Assembly (NCBI GenBank): GCA_023954375.1
Contig: JAMLIC010000006.1
Coordinates: forward strand, 146,972 to 210,971
Length of the DNA: 64,000 nucleotides
Direction: 5' to 3'
DNA from: Planctomycetota bacterium
GTDB lineage: Bacteria > Planctomycetota > J058
Position numbers and translations under genes: made by a program. Shown one piece after another: positions 46,101 through 56,427 of the stretch (positions within the stretch are counted from its first letter, which is position 1; each line of letters begins with the position of its first letter). The notes beneath the pieces are model-generated. The model worked only from the letters and a program-made list of their open reading frames with translations. It was not told the origin of the DNA and searched no databases.

Positions 46101-47325
46101 CCAGCTCGCCGAGGTCGCGCGGGACGTCGGCGGCGCGGTCCCAGGGGCGCGGCGGCGTCTCGTCGACGATCTGCTTGAGGAGGAGCGCGCCCGTGCCCGC
46201 GTAGGGGTACTCGCCCGTGAGCAGCTGGAAGAGCATGACGCCGAGCGCGTGGACGTCGGCGGCCGGCCCCGGGTCGGCGCAGCGCACCTGCTCGGGGGCC
46301 ATGTACTGCGGCGTGCCGAGGGCCACGCCGGTGCGCGTGAGCTGCGACTCGTGGTCGAGGATCCGCGCCAGGCCGAAGTCGGTGACCTTCGGCTCGAGGT
46401 CCTGGTCGAGGAGGACGTTGCCCGGCTTGAGGTCGCGGTGCACGACCCCCTCGTCGTGAGCGTGCGCGATCGCGCGCGCCACCTTGGCGAGGATCCCGAG
46501 CGCCTTGCGCCGCTCGAGCCCGCGCGCGATCGCCTGGCGCAGGTCGCCGCCCGGGGCGAAGGGCATGATGATGTAGGGCTGCCCGTCGGGCGCCTCGCCG
46601 GTCTCGAGCACGCCGATCACGTGCGGGTGGGCGAGGCGCTCGAGGGCGGCCGCCTCGCGGCGGAACCGCTGCCGGTGGCGCGGCGACACGTCGAGGAGCA
46701 GCTTGATCGCCACGAGCTCGCCCGTGGCCAGGCGGCGCGCGCGGTGGACGATCCCCATGCCGCCGCGGCCGAGCTCCGCCTCGAGCTCCCAGCCGGGGAG
46801 GTGGACGCGCGGGCCGAGGAGGCCGGCGAGGATCGACGTCGGCTGCTGGCCCGCCGGGCGCACGGGCTCGTCGCTCTCGAGGACGCCGGCGGACGGCGGG
46901 GTCGGGATCACCTCGTCGGCGGTGACGGTGGCGCGGAGCCCCGGCCGGAGCGGCTCGTCGCTCTCGAGGACGCCGCCGGACGGCGGCGTGGCGATCACCT
47001 CGTCGGTGGCGACCGTGGTGCGGAACCCCGGCCGGGGCGCCTCGGCGCGCTCGGGGCCGGCGGAGGGGGGCGTGGGGATCACCTCGTCGGTGGCGACCGT
47101 CGTGGCGAACCCGGGCACGCGGTCCGCGCGCAGCTCCGCCGAGGCCAGGTCCGCCTCGAGCTGCCGCCGCGCCTCGGCCGTGAGCGCCCCCAGGTCGACG
47201 AGCGCCCCCGCGAGGCCGCCGGGCAGCCCGCGGTAGCGCTGCGCCAGCTCCCGCGCCCGCGCCTCGGACACGAGCCCGCGGGACACGGCCAGGCTGAGGA
47301 ACGCGTGGTCCCGGGGGTCGAGCAC
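43182..47325 (-). CDS. Ser/Thr protein kinase with TPR-rich C-terminal region; one apparent frameshift in a (GCC)n tract at ~44830-44890
   Basis: GTG start 47325; N-terminal 3x ~28-aa repeats; kinase motifs LGRGGMGIVHRA, HRDLKPGNVLL, DFGLAR, GTPQYMAPE; frame F0 becomes junk after ...RRVTAAAAACNATPHV, while frame F2 (the 43182..44429 track ORF extended upstream: LEVARGRPEAAVQAAAAAQALAP...) stays TPR-like to the stop at 43182. Confidence 0.7.
46855..47110. repeat. intragenic ~84-bp tandem repeat x3 encoding R.GF.TTVATDEVIPTPPSAGVLESDEP units at the kinase N-terminus
   Basis: Repeats visible at both DNA and protein level. Confidence 0.7.
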
Positions 47326-47445
47326 GGGTCAAAGATAGCGGGGCGGGGTCGGGGCGGGCGAGCGCTCCGCCCATGCTCGGGCGCCCGCGCGGGGCCGCGG
47401 CTACGCTGCCGGCATGAGCGACGCGCGCCGAGGGCGGGGGTAGCG

Positions 47446-49656
47446 TTGGTCCGGCTCGCGCCGGGCGCCGCGGTCGGGCCCTACGTGCTCGAGGACCTGC
47501 TCGGGCGCGGGGGCATGGGCGCGGTCTACCGCGCGCGACGGCGGCAGGACGGCGCGCGCGTGGCGCTCAAGGTCATGACGGGCGGCAGCGAGGACGACGC
47601 GCGCCGGGCCCTGCGCTTCCAGCGCGAGGCGGAGCTCGCGGCGCGCCTGCGTCACCCCGGGGTGGTGCGCGTCCACGACTCGGGCGTGGCCGAGGGGGCG
47701 CTCTACATCGCGATGGACCTGATCGACGGCGCGCCGCTGGCGGAGCGCGTCGGGCGCCTGGCGCCGCGCGAGGCGGCGGGGCTCGTGGCCCAGGTGGCGC
47801 GGGCGGTCGAGCACGCCCACGCCCACGGGGTGGTCCACCGCGACCTCAAGCCCGACAACGTGCTCGTGCGCCGCGACGACGGGCGCGCGGTGGTCACCGA
47901 CTTCGGGCTGGCGCGCGCGGACGACGGGGCGGCGCTCACGCGCACGGGCGCCCTGGTGGGGACGCCCTACTACATGGCGCCCGAGCAGGTGGCCGGCGCG
48001 CCGGCCACGCCGGCGACCGACGTGCACGCGCTGGGGGCGGTCCTCTACGAGGCGCTCACCGGGGCGCCGCCCTTCCGCGGCGACGCGCTGGCGGCGCTGA
48101 TGGTCGCCATCACCGAGCAGGTGCCCGCGCCGCCGGGCCGGGTCGTGCCGGGGGTCGACCCGGCCCTCGACGAGGCGGTCCTGGCCGCGCTGCACAAGGA
48201 CCCCGCCGCGCGCCCCACGGCCGGCGCGCTGGCCGACGCGCTGGAGGCCGTGGCCGAAGGGCGCGCCCACGCCCCGCGCCGGCGCGCGCGCGCGCCAGGG
48301 CTCCTCGCCGCGGGCGCCGCGGCGTCGCTGGCGGTGGCCGTCGCGGCGGCTTTCTCCGCGCGCGCCTCGTCGCCGGCCGTCGAGGCCGCGGCCGCGCCGC
48401 CCGGGGCCTCGACGACGGGGGTGGACGCCGAGGCGCCGGCGGCGCCGGCGGCGGAGCCGGGCTGGCTGCAGGCGCTCGGGCGCCGCGTCGACGCGGAGCG
48501 GCTCGTCGGCGCGCACGACGCGCTCGACGTGGGGCCCGACCTCGACCCGGAGCACCGCGCGCGCGCCTGTGCGCTCCTGCGCGCCGCGGACGCGCGCTGG
48601 GAGGAGCCGTCGCGGCAGGACCCGGACCGGCGCGAGCGGCTCGACCGGCTGCTCTGGCTGCACTGGCTCCTCGCGCGGCTGGACCCCGCGCACGAGGTCC
48701 CGCCCGCGCGGCGGCAGGCGCTCCACCGCAACCCCCTGTGGGCCACGTCGACGGGGCAGACGGACGCGGCCTACATGGTGCGCGTGGGCCGGGCCACGGC
48801 GGCCCTCGCCCCCGACGAGCTCACGGGCTACGCGTTCTACGCGACGTGGGTGGAGCAGGCCCCGGGCGCGTTCGAGGACCGGGGGCTCGTCCGCGCCGGG
48901 CTGAGCCTGGCGCTGCGGCGGGGGGAGGTCGCCGCCTGGGACCAGCTGGCGTCGCTCCTGGCGCGTCAGCTGGCGCGGGCCGCCGCCGACGGCCCGGCCG
49001 CGGAGCGCGGCGCGGCGGCGGCCGAGCTGCTGGCGCTGGCGCGCGAGGTGGCGCCGGCGGGCCAGGACGCCCCCGACGGCGCCGTCACGGTCCTGCTGCT
49101 CGCGGCCGAGCACGCGCCCGCGGCGGAGCTCGCCTGGCTGCTCGAGCGCGCCGAGGCGCTCTCGGGCGACGACCCCGCGCTCCACCGCCAGGGCGCGCGC
49201 GCGGCCCTGCGCGCGGGCCGCTCGGGCGGGCCCGGCGGCGTGTGGTGGCCCTGGGGGCTGCGGGCGGCCGAGCGGGCCCTGGAGCTCGACCGCCGGCTGG
49301 GCACGGGCGGCGGCAGCCGCTCCGCGGCCCTGGCGTGGGACCTGGCCCGCGCGCTCGGCGACCCGAAGCGGGGCGAGCGCGCGCTCCTCGGCGCCCCGAA
49401 CGACGAGCACCCCGGCGTGGCCCTACGCCGCGCGCTGGTGCTGACCGAGGCCGGCCGCGAGAGCGTCCCCGTGGCCGTGGCGGTGGAGGCGCTGGAGCGC
49501 TCGCTGAGGAACCTGCCGAAGGGGCGCGACGACAAGCTGCTGCGGGAGGCCCTCGAGGACGCGCGCGCCGCGCTCCTCGACCTGCGCGGGGCGCACGCGC
49601 GGCTCGTGCGCTGGCTCGAGCCCGAGCGGCTGGCGGCGCTCGACGGGGGACCGTGA
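47446..49656 (+). CDS. Ser/Thr protein kinase with C-terminal helical/TPR-like region
   Basis: LGRGGMGAVYRA, HRDLKPDNVLV, DFGLAR, GTPYYMAPE; start uncertain (TTG 47446; no in-frame ATG before the Gly-loop); real part of spurious 43774..49656 track ORF. Confidence 0.75.
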   Translation: MVRLAPGAAVGPYVLEDLLGRGGMGAVYRARRRQDGARVALKVMTGGSEDDARRALRFQREAELAARLRHPGVVRVHDSGVAEGALYIAMDLIDGAPLAERVGRLAPREAAGLVAQVARAVEHAHAHGVVHRDLKPDNVLVRRDDGRAVVTDFGLARADDGAALTRTGALVGTPYYMAPEQVAGAPATPATDVHALGAVLYEALTGAPPFRGDALAALMVAITEQVPAPPGRVVPGVDPALDEAVLAALHKDPAARPTAGALADALEAVAEGRAHAPRRRARAPGLLAAGAAASLAVAVAAAFSARASSPAVEAAAAPPGASTTGVDAEAPAAPAAEPGWLQALGRRVDAERLVGAHDALDVGPDLDPEHRARACALLRAADARWEEPSRQDPDRRERLDRLLWLHWLLARLDPAHEVPPARRQALHRNPLWATSTGQTDAAYMVRVGRATAALAPDELTGYAFYATWVEQAPGAFEDRGLVRAGLSLALRRGEVAAWDQLASLLARQLARAAADGPAAERGAAAAELLALAREVAPAGQDAPDGAVTVLLLAAEHAPAAELAWLLERAEALSGDDPALHRQGARAALRAGRSGGPGGVWWPWGLRAAERALELDRRLGTGGGSRSAALAWDLARALGDPKRGERALLGAPNDEHPGVALRRALVLTEAGRESVPVAVAVEALERSLRNLPKGRDDKLLREALEDARAALLDLRGAHARLVRWLEPERLAALDGGP

Positions 49657-49689
49657 CCTGGCCGGTCAGCGGCGGCTAAGCTGCCGGGC

Positions 49690-51646
49690 ATGAGCGGGGA
49701 GCTCGACGCGCTGGGGGCGGACCTCACCGCCCGGTACGTGCTCGGCCCTGCCCTGGGCCGGGGCGCCTTCGGCGCGGTCCACCGGGCGCTCGACGTCACC
49801 GCGCAGCGGGACGTCGCCGTGAAGCTGCTGAACCACGACCGGCAGGGCGCGGCGGCCGCCGTCGAGCGCTTCCTCCGCGAGGCGGAGGTCGCGGCCGGGC
49901 TCGAGCATCCCGGGATCGTCAAGGTCCACGCCGTCGGCCGCCACGGCGCGCGCCTGGCGATCGTCTACGAGCTGGTGGAGGGGGCGACGTTCTCGCAGGC
50001 GATCCGCGCGCGCTCGCACCGCGAGCGCGCCGCGCTCGTGCGCGACGCCGCGCGCGCGGTCGGCCACGCGCACGCCCGGGGAGTCGTCCACCGCGACCTC
50101 AAGCCCGACAACCTCCTCGTGGACGCGGCCGGCCGGGTGCGCGTGGCGGACTTCGGCCTGGCCTGGCACGAGGGCGCCGACCGGCTGACGCGCACCGGCG
50201 CGCTCCTGGGGACGCCGCACTACATGGCGCCCGAGCTGTTCGAGCGCGGCCGCGTCGCGTCGCCCGCGACGGACATCTGGGCGCTCGGCGTGACCCTCTA
50301 CGAGGCGCTCACGGGCCGCCTCCCCTTCGAGGGCCCCGACCTCCTGAACCTGATGGCGCGGCTCCAGAACGGGTCGATCGTCGCGCCGCGGGCCGTCGAC
50401 CCGTCGATCACGCCCGCGCTCGAGGCGGTGGTCCTGCGCGCCCTCGAGCGCGACCCGGCCCGCCGCCTCGGCGACGGCGAGGCCCTGGCCCGCGCCCTCG
50501 ACGAGGCGCTCGTCGGTCGCGCGCCGACGGGTCGTGGTCGGGCGCTCGGGCTGGTCGCGGCGACCGGCGCGGCGCTCGCTGCGGCCCTCGTCGCCGCCGC
50601 GGCGGCGTGGCGCGACCCGCCGCCGGCGACCGCGGCCAGCCCGCCCGTCGCCGCGCCGCCCCCGCTCGAGCCAGAGGCGCCTCCCAAATCGCCGCCGGCC
50701 GATGGCCCGCTCGTGGTCGCGCGGACCCCCCGCTGGGCCGCGTGGGTCGACGCGCGGCGCCTGGTCGTCGGCGGCCCGGGCGAGCCCGTGCGGCTCCTCG
50801 ATGTCGCGGGCGCGGAGCTCCGCGCCTGGGCGTGCGAGGCGAGCGCGGGGGCCCGGGGTCGGGCGCGGGCGGGTCGCGGTGGCGGGAGACGACGGCCTGC
50901 GCGTCATCGACGTCGACGACCCGGCCCTCCGGCCGGTGGTGGTCGACCTCACGGACGTCCGGCAGGTCGCGTGCGCGAGGGACAGCGGCGACCTCGCCGT
51001 GATCGCGCGGGCGCCCGGCGACGCGCGCCCGCGCGCGTTCCTCGTCACCTCGGCCGGCGCGCGGCGCCCCGTCGAGCCGCCGTGGCACGGGCTCGAGCCC
51101 GTCTCGATCGCGGTGACCGCCGACGGCGCGCTCGTCGTCCTCGGGCTCCGCGACCCGAACATCAGGGTCGAGCCGGGGACGCCGTCCTGGCAGCTCCCGC
51201 CCGAGGGGCCGCTGTGCCGCTTCGAGGTCACGAAGGAGGCCGTGACCTACCGCGACCACATCCTGCTCCCGGGGGTCACGCAGTGCCTCGCGTTCTCGAC
51301 CGCGGGGGACCTCATGCTCGCCGGGAGCACGTCGGGGCAGATCGGGCTCGTGCCGCGCGTGCTGGAGCAGATGGAGGACCACCTCCGGCCGCCCGGGGCC
51401 GAGGGGCACGCGCACGAGGGCCCCGTCCGCGCCGTCGCGCTCACGGCCGACGGGGCGCGCGTCGTCTCGGTGGGCGACCGCGCCGTGGGGCACGAGGTGA
51501 AGGTGTGGGACCTCGAGCGGCGCGCCGTCCTCTCGACGACGACGGCGCCGGGGCGGGCGCTCGGCGTCGAGGTCTCGCCGGACGGCGGCGCGGTCGTCGT
51601 CTGGACGACCAACGGCGGCGTGCACCTGCGCCGGCTCGAGCGCTGA
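49690..51646 (+). CDS. membrane-anchored Ser/Thr protein kinase with C-terminal WD40/beta-propeller-like domain; apparent frameshift in a G-run at ~50860-50895
   Basis: Kinase motifs LGRGAFGAVHRA, HRDLKPDNLLV, DFGLA, GTPHYMAPE; TM LGLVAATGAALAAALVAAAAAW; frame a loses GC3 after ...RAWACEASAG; frame b (the 50534..51646 ORF) continues with VAVAGDDGLRVIDVDD...GHEGPVRAVALTADGARVVSVGDRAVGHEVKVWDL. Confidence 0.7.
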
Positions 51647-51681
51647 CCGGGGGTAGACTGCCCCCGGCCACGGAGGCCCCG

Positions 51682-52224
51682 ATGGACTTCGAGTGCAGCG
51701 ACGAGGTGAGCTACCCCGTCGAGCGGCTGTACAGGCTGATCCGCGACGAGATGCCCGCGATCCTCCCCTACCTCGACGACGTGGAGGAGATCCGGGTCCT
51801 CGAGCGCGAGGAGCAGCCGGGCGGGCTGCGCCTGGTGAACCTGTGGCGAGGGTCGGTGAAGGCCGCGCCGGCGGTGGTGCAGAGGTTCATCACGCCCGAC
51901 CTCGTCACCTGGACCGACCACGCCTTCTGGCCGACCGACGCGAACCGGGCCGAGTGGCGGCTCGAGCCGCGGGTGGGCGGCAAGCTGTTCGAGTGCAGCG
52001 GGACGACGTCGGTGCTGCCCGGGTCGCGCGAGGGGACGTCGCGGCTGCAGGTCCGCGGCGCCCTGCACGTCCACCCCGAGCGCCTTCCCGGCGTGCCGCG
52101 CCTGCTCGCGGGGACGATCCGCGGCGCGGTCGAGTCGTTCATCGTCGGCATGATCGTGCCGAACCTGAAGACGCTCGCGCGCGGCGTGCAGCGCTACCAC
52201 GACGATCAAGCAAGGCAGAGCTAG
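51682..52224 (+). CDS. SRPBCC (START/Bet v1-like, polyketide-cyclase fold) family protein
   Basis: MDFECSDEVSYPVERLYRLIRDEMPAILPYLDDVEEIRVLEREEQPGG...; RBS GGAGG; real tail of track ORF 49690..52224. Confidence 0.65.
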   Translation: MDFECSDEVSYPVERLYRLIRDEMPAILPYLDDVEEIRVLEREEQPGGLRLVNLWRGSVKAAPAVVQRFITPDLVTWTDHAFWPTDANRAEWRLEPRVGGKLFECSGTTSVLPGSREGTSRLQVRGALHVHPERLPGVPRLLAGTIRGAVESFIVGMIVPNLKTLARGVQRYHDDQARQS

Positions 52225-54545
52225 TGGCGGAGGAGGCGGAGCCGCTGGGGCCCGCGTCGCTGCGCCTGGGCGCGGCGGTCACCGTCCTCGGCGCCCTGCC
52301 GCTGGTCGCGGGCGGCCTGTGGGCCGACCTCCTGCCGGCCGCGGCCGCGCCGGCGCTCGCGGGGGCGCTCGGGCTCCAGCTCGCGCTGGCCGTCTGGGCC
52401 CTGCCGGGGCTGTGGGCCGCGCTGCGCCCGGGCGAGTCGAAGACGCGCGAGGGCGCGGGGTCGGCCGGGGGGGCGCTCGCCGACCTGGTCGTCGTCGCCG
52501 CCTGCGCCGCGCCGCACCTGGCGCTGGCCGCGAGGTTCGCCGCCTTGCCGCCGGCGGCCGCCGCGGCGGGCGTGGTCCACGCGCTGGCGCTCCTGGGCGC
52601 CCTCGCGCTGTGGCTCGCGCTCGGCGCGCCGAAGGCCGGGCCGACCCGCGTGGCGCTCGTCGCCGCGTGGACGGCAGGCCTGCCGCTCGTCGTGGTGATC
52701 GCCGCCGACCAGCTCGCGCTCGGGTCGCCCGCGGCGCTCGCGTGGCTCGCGCCGGCGCTCGGGCAGGAGGCCGCCTTCGACGGGCGGCTCGGGCTGGCGG
52801 TCGCCGGCGCGGTCGCGCCACCGCTCCTCCTCGTGGCGCTCGGCCGGCCGTGGCGGCGCGGCGCGGCGGCCGCGCTGGCGCTCGGGCTGACCCTCGTCGC
52901 CGGCGGCGGGGTGCGCGCCGAGCCGCGCGTCGAGCGCGCCGAGCCGCTCCTGCGCGAGGCGGCGCGCCCGGGCGAGCCGTGGCCGCTGTGGCTCGAGCTC
53001 GCGGGCGCCGTCGAGGTCTCGGCCGGCGCGCGCACGCGCGTGGTCGCGCCGGCCGCGCCGGCGGGCGTGACGCTCCTGCCGGCGGTGCCGGTCGCCGGCG
53101 GGCCGCTCGACCTCGCCGCGCGGGGCCCCGACGGCGAGTGGTCGCGGCTCGAGGCGCCGGGCCTGGCCCCGCGGCCGCTGCGCACGCAGGAGCTGCTCGT
53201 GGGCCACCTCGGGCCGCGCGTGCGCGCGCTGGCGGCCACGCTCGCCGGGTCGCGCCGGGCCGTGATCGTGCCGCTCGCCGGCCGCGACGCGCGCGCCCTG
53301 GCCGAGGCGGGGCTGGCGCTCGACCTGGTGGTCGTCTCCCGCGGCGAGGCGCGCGACGCGGCCGTCGCGGGCGACCTCCGGCGCTGGGCGGCGGCCGGCG
53401 GCGTCCTCGCGTTCGACGACGCGGGCGACCTCGAGCGCGTCGCCGGCGACCTCGCCGCGCCGGGGGGCGTGGCCGGGCCCTGGCGCCTGCGGCCGATCGG
53501 CGCGGGGCTGCTCGTCGGCCCGGCCCCGGGCGAGCTCGGCCTCGTCGTGCCGACGGGGCCGGCCGGCGCGACGGCGCGCGAGCAGGAGCGGGCGCGCACG
53601 CAGGCCCTCGAGCGGCTGGCCCTGCGCCTGCGCGCGCGGGCGCGCCGCGACGGCCTCGTCGAGGCGGCGCTCGCCGCGCGCCTGCCCGGGCCGTCGCGGG
53701 CGCTCGGCGGCCGCGTCGCGCTGACCGCCGGCGGCGCGGCGCTGGGGCTCACGCTCGTGCTGCTCGTCGCGGCGCGCCTGCCGCGGGCGCGCGGCGCCGG
53801 GGCCGTCGCGCTCGCGGGTGTGGCGCTCGCCGCCGCCCTGCCGCCGCTCGTCGCGCCGGCGACGCCGGTGTGGGCGGCGTCCGTCCAGGTGCTCGAGGCG
53901 CCGGCCGGCGCCAGCGCCGCCGGCCGCCTGGAGGTGCTCACGGTCACGGCCCCGCGGCCCCTCACGGCGAGGCTCGACCTCGCGCCCGGCGGGCTGCCGC
54001 TCCCCGCCCTGCTCACGGCGGCGTCGGCGCTGGAGGAGGCCACGCTCGTCCCGGGCGACCGGCCCGCGGCCTGGCTACCCGTGGGCCCCGCGCCGCGCGC
54101 GCTCGTGCGGCAGGACGCGATCGGCCTGCCGCGGCCCGACGGCGCGCTCGGGGGGGCGTTCCGGCTGACGCGCGGCCGGGCGGGGCAGGCGGTGCGGATC
54201 GAGAACGGCACCGCCCTGCCGCTCGACCGGGTGCTGGCGATCACCGACCGCGGCGTCTACGGCCTCGACGCCCTGCCGCCGGGGCACGCCTACGAGCGCG
54301 ACCTCGACCTGCTCGTGCCGCCGGTGCCCTTCGCCCGCTGGCGGGTGATGACCGTCGAGGACGAGGACGAGCGCGCCTGGAGGGCGCTCGTGACCGCGGC
54401 CCTCGCCGGGCGCGACCTGCGCGGGCGCCTCGTGCTCGTCGGGCGCGGCCCGCCCGTGGCGCGCGTGACGGGCGGCGTGGCCGAGGAGGCGCCGGCGCGG
54501 CCGCTCGTGGTGATCACGGCGTCGGACGAGACGTCGCCGCGCTGA
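52224..54545 (+). CDS. large hypothetical membrane protein (N-terminal polytopic region, C-terminal soluble domain)
   Basis: GTG start overlapping upstream TAG (TAGTG); near-100% GC3; multiple Ala/Leu-rich TM helices in first 300 aa. Confidence 0.6.
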   Translation: MAEEAEPLGPASLRLGAAVTVLGALPLVAGGLWADLLPAAAAPALAGALGLQLALAVWALPGLWAALRPGESKTREGAGSAGGALADLVVVAACAAPHLALAARFAALPPAAAAAGVVHALALLGALALWLALGAPKAGPTRVALVAAWTAGLPLVVVIAADQLALGSPAALAWLAPALGQEAAFDGRLGLAVAGAVAPPLLLVALGRPWRRGAAAALALGLTLVAGGGVRAEPRVERAEPLLREAARPGEPWPLWLELAGAVEVSAGARTRVVAPAAPAGVTLLPAVPVAGGPLDLAARGPDGEWSRLEAPGLAPRPLRTQELLVGHLGPRVRALAATLAGSRRAVIVPLAGRDARALAEAGLALDLVVVSRGEARDAAVAGDLRRWAAAGGVLAFDDAGDLERVAGDLAAPGGVAGPWRLRPIGAGLLVGPAPGELGLVVPTGPAGATAREQERARTQALERLALRLRARARRDGLVEAALAARLPGPSRALGGRVALTAGGAALGLTLVLLVAARLPRARGAGAVALAGVALAAALPPLVAPATPVWAASVQVLEAPAGASAAGRLEVLTVTAPRPLTARLDLAPGGLPLPALLTAASALEEATLVPGDRPAAWLPVGPAPRALVRQDAIGLPRPDGALGGAFRLTRGRAGQAVRIENGTALPLDRVLAITDRGVYGLDALPPGHAYERDLDLLVPPVPFARWRVMTVEDEDERAWRALVTAALAGRDLRGRLVLVGRGPPVARVTGGVAEEAPARPLVVITASDETSPR

Positions 54546-54559
54546 GCCGCGCACAGCCC

Positions 54560-54573
54560 GGCACGGGCCGTGC
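54560..54573 (+). promoter_or_regulatory. possible sigma54-type promoter (cGGCAC-N6-gTGC) upstream of the lipoprotein gene
   Basis: GG and GC dinucleotides at the canonical -24/-12 spacing; imperfect match. Confidence 0.15.
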
Positions 54574-54698
54574 GCATGGCGCCCCTCACGTGGGGGGAGC
54601 TCGCCATAACCAGCGTCTGGACAAGAGCGACGCCTCCTCGAAGGACATTCACGAGCCGGATCGGCGACGACGCCTCGAAGCGTCGAGGAGAAGACGAA

Positions 54699-55424
54699 AT
54701 GGAACGAGTCGAGCAGAGCGCGGGAGTGACCACGCGGAGGACGCCCCTGGTGCGGGCCGCCGCGATCCTCGCCGCGACGGCGGCCCTGGGCTGCGCCTCG
54801 CCCGGGATCGAGGTCGCGCCCGTCGGACACACCGACCGAGCGTCGGTCGTGTCCTATGGCGTCCAGCTGGCGCCGGCCGGCGGCCGGCCCGAGCAGAGCA
54901 GCACGCTCGTCGTGAGCTACGAGCCGGCGTCGCGCCGCGCCAAGGTGTCGAGCGACGACGGCGAGCGCGAGGTCGGCGTGACGGGCTCGGGGCACCTCGC
55001 CCGGATCATGGGTGAGCTCCCGCCGGTCGAGTCGTTCTACCTGCTCACGGCCCTGCCGAAGGAGGCGGGCCCGGTGGGGGTCGGGACCTCGTGGCAGACG
55101 AGCCTCGCCGAGCTCTCACCGGTCGAGCAGGGGGACCCGGACTTCCAGTTCGAAGGCACGGTGGTGAGCCTCGACGGGCAGCGCGCCGTCATCGAGCAGC
55201 AGGTGCGCTTCCGGAGCGGCCCGGGGGGCGCCTGGCGCCTGATCGGGCGGGGGACCTGGGTCTGGTCCGGGGGGCGGCTGGAGCGCGGCACCGTACGTTG
55301 GATCGCACCCATCGACCTCAAGGCGCTGTTCAAGCCGAGCGACGGCCCGGACCCCGCACCCGAGCTCGACACGGCCAGCGCGGACGAGGTCGTCACGGTC
55401 ACCTTCACCGCGCAGGACACCTGA
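54699..55424 (+). CDS. lipoprotein, hypothetical
   Basis: MERVEQSAGVTTRRTPLVRAAAILAATAALGCASP (lipobox); RBS GAGGAG; start trimmed from track ORF 54570. Confidence 0.7.
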   Translation: MERVEQSAGVTTRRTPLVRAAAILAATAALGCASPGIEVAPVGHTDRASVVSYGVQLAPAGGRPEQSSTLVVSYEPASRRAKVSSDDGEREVGVTGSGHLARIMGELPPVESFYLLTALPKEAGPVGVGTSWQTSLAELSPVEQGDPDFQFEGTVVSLDGQRAVIEQQVRFRSGPGGAWRLIGRGTWVWSGGRLERGTVRWIAPIDLKALFKPSDGPDPAPELDTASADEVVTVTFTAQDT

Positions 55425-55546
55425 GCTCGAGAAGAATCGCTGCGCGATCCCTCTCGAGCATGATGCGCTCGCGAGGGGCGACGCCGAGGCCGAGGAGCCC
55501 GGTGACCGCTGGCAGGGCCGGGGCGAGCCGCGCGTCGTCCGGCGGG

Positions 55547-56380
55547 CTACACGCGGCGCCAGTCCGGGTCGACGAGCGCGATGCTCAGGGGCTCGGGGGT
55601 GCTGCCCGGAACGCAGTCGTAGCGGCCGAGGTCCGTCACCCCGGCGAGCTCGCGCAGGACCTCCTCGTCGAGCCAGGCGCGGAACTTCGCCTTCTTCGGG
55701 TCCTGCGCCAGGAGCTCGAGCGTGGCGTCGGCCAGCACCTCGGGCGTGCGCATCTGGTCGTCGCCGGCCATGCCGAGGTTCACCGTCGCGGCCGTCTTCA
55801 CCGCGGTGACCGGCCACAGCGCGCAGGCGTGGACGTCCTCCTCCTCCTCGTCGATCGCCTGGGCCAGCAGCGTCATGCCGATCTTCGACGTGAGGTAGGG
55901 CGCCTTTCCGGCGGCGGCCTTCGGGTTGATCGGCGGCGACATCATGACGACGTGCCCGCCCTGCTTGCGCAGGTGCGGGATCGCCGCGCGGCTGGCGAGG
56001 AACGCGGCGCGGACGTTGACGCCGACCACGAGGTCGAAGCGCTTGGCCGTCCAGTCGGCCACCGAGCCCCAGGAGATCGCGCCGGCGTTGTTGATCAGCG
56101 CGTCGAGCCGGCCGAAGGTGCGCACGGTCTCCTCGACCATGGCGTCGACCTGCTCCTCGAAGCGCACGTCGGTCTGGATGGCGATCGCCCGCCGGCCGAG
56201 CGCCTCGACGCGCGCCTTCACGTCGAGGAGCGTGCCCGGCAGCTTGGCGTTCGGCTCGACCGTCTTGGCGGCCAGCGCCAGGTGCGCCCCCTCGCGCGCG
56301 CAGGCCAGCGCGCAGGCCTCGCCCACGCCGCGGCTGGCGCCGGTGATGAGGACGACCTTGTCTTGCAGACGACCCGCCAT
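55547..56380 (-). CDS. SDR family oxidoreductase
   Basis: MAGRLQDKVVLITGASRGVGEACALA, NNAG, YLTSK-like catalytic motif; start trimmed from the 57355 track ORF (alternative ATG 56406). Confidence 0.85.
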   Translation of the reverse strand: MAGRLQDKVVLITGASRGVGEACALACAREGAHLALAAKTVEPNAKLPGTLLDVKARVEALGRRAIAIQTDVRFEEQVDAMVEETVRTFGRLDALINNAGAISWGSVADWTAKRFDLVVGVNVRAAFLASRAAIPHLRKQGGHVVMMSPPINPKAAAGKAPYLTSKIGMTLLAQAIDEEEEDVHACALWPVTAVKTAATVNLGMAGDDQMRTPEVLADATLELLAQDPKKAKFRAWLDEEVLRELAGVTDLGRYDCVPGSTPEPLSIALVDPDWRRV

Positions 56381-56427
56381 GGCGCACCTCGCGAGGGGGC
56401 TCGTCATAGCACGCGCGCGGGTCGAGG

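Noticed and set aside
42401-47374. 1657-aa third-frame ORF across the TPR kinase
   Set aside because: It is Ser/Thr/Pro/Ala/Arg-rich throughout with no kinase or TPR features. It is neither of the two frames that carry the real protein.
52139-54244. 701-aa and 328-aa minus-strand ORFs antisense to the 52224..54545 membrane protein
   Set aside because: They are Ser/Ala/Arg/Pro low-complexity. The plus-strand frame has near-100% GC3 and TM helices.
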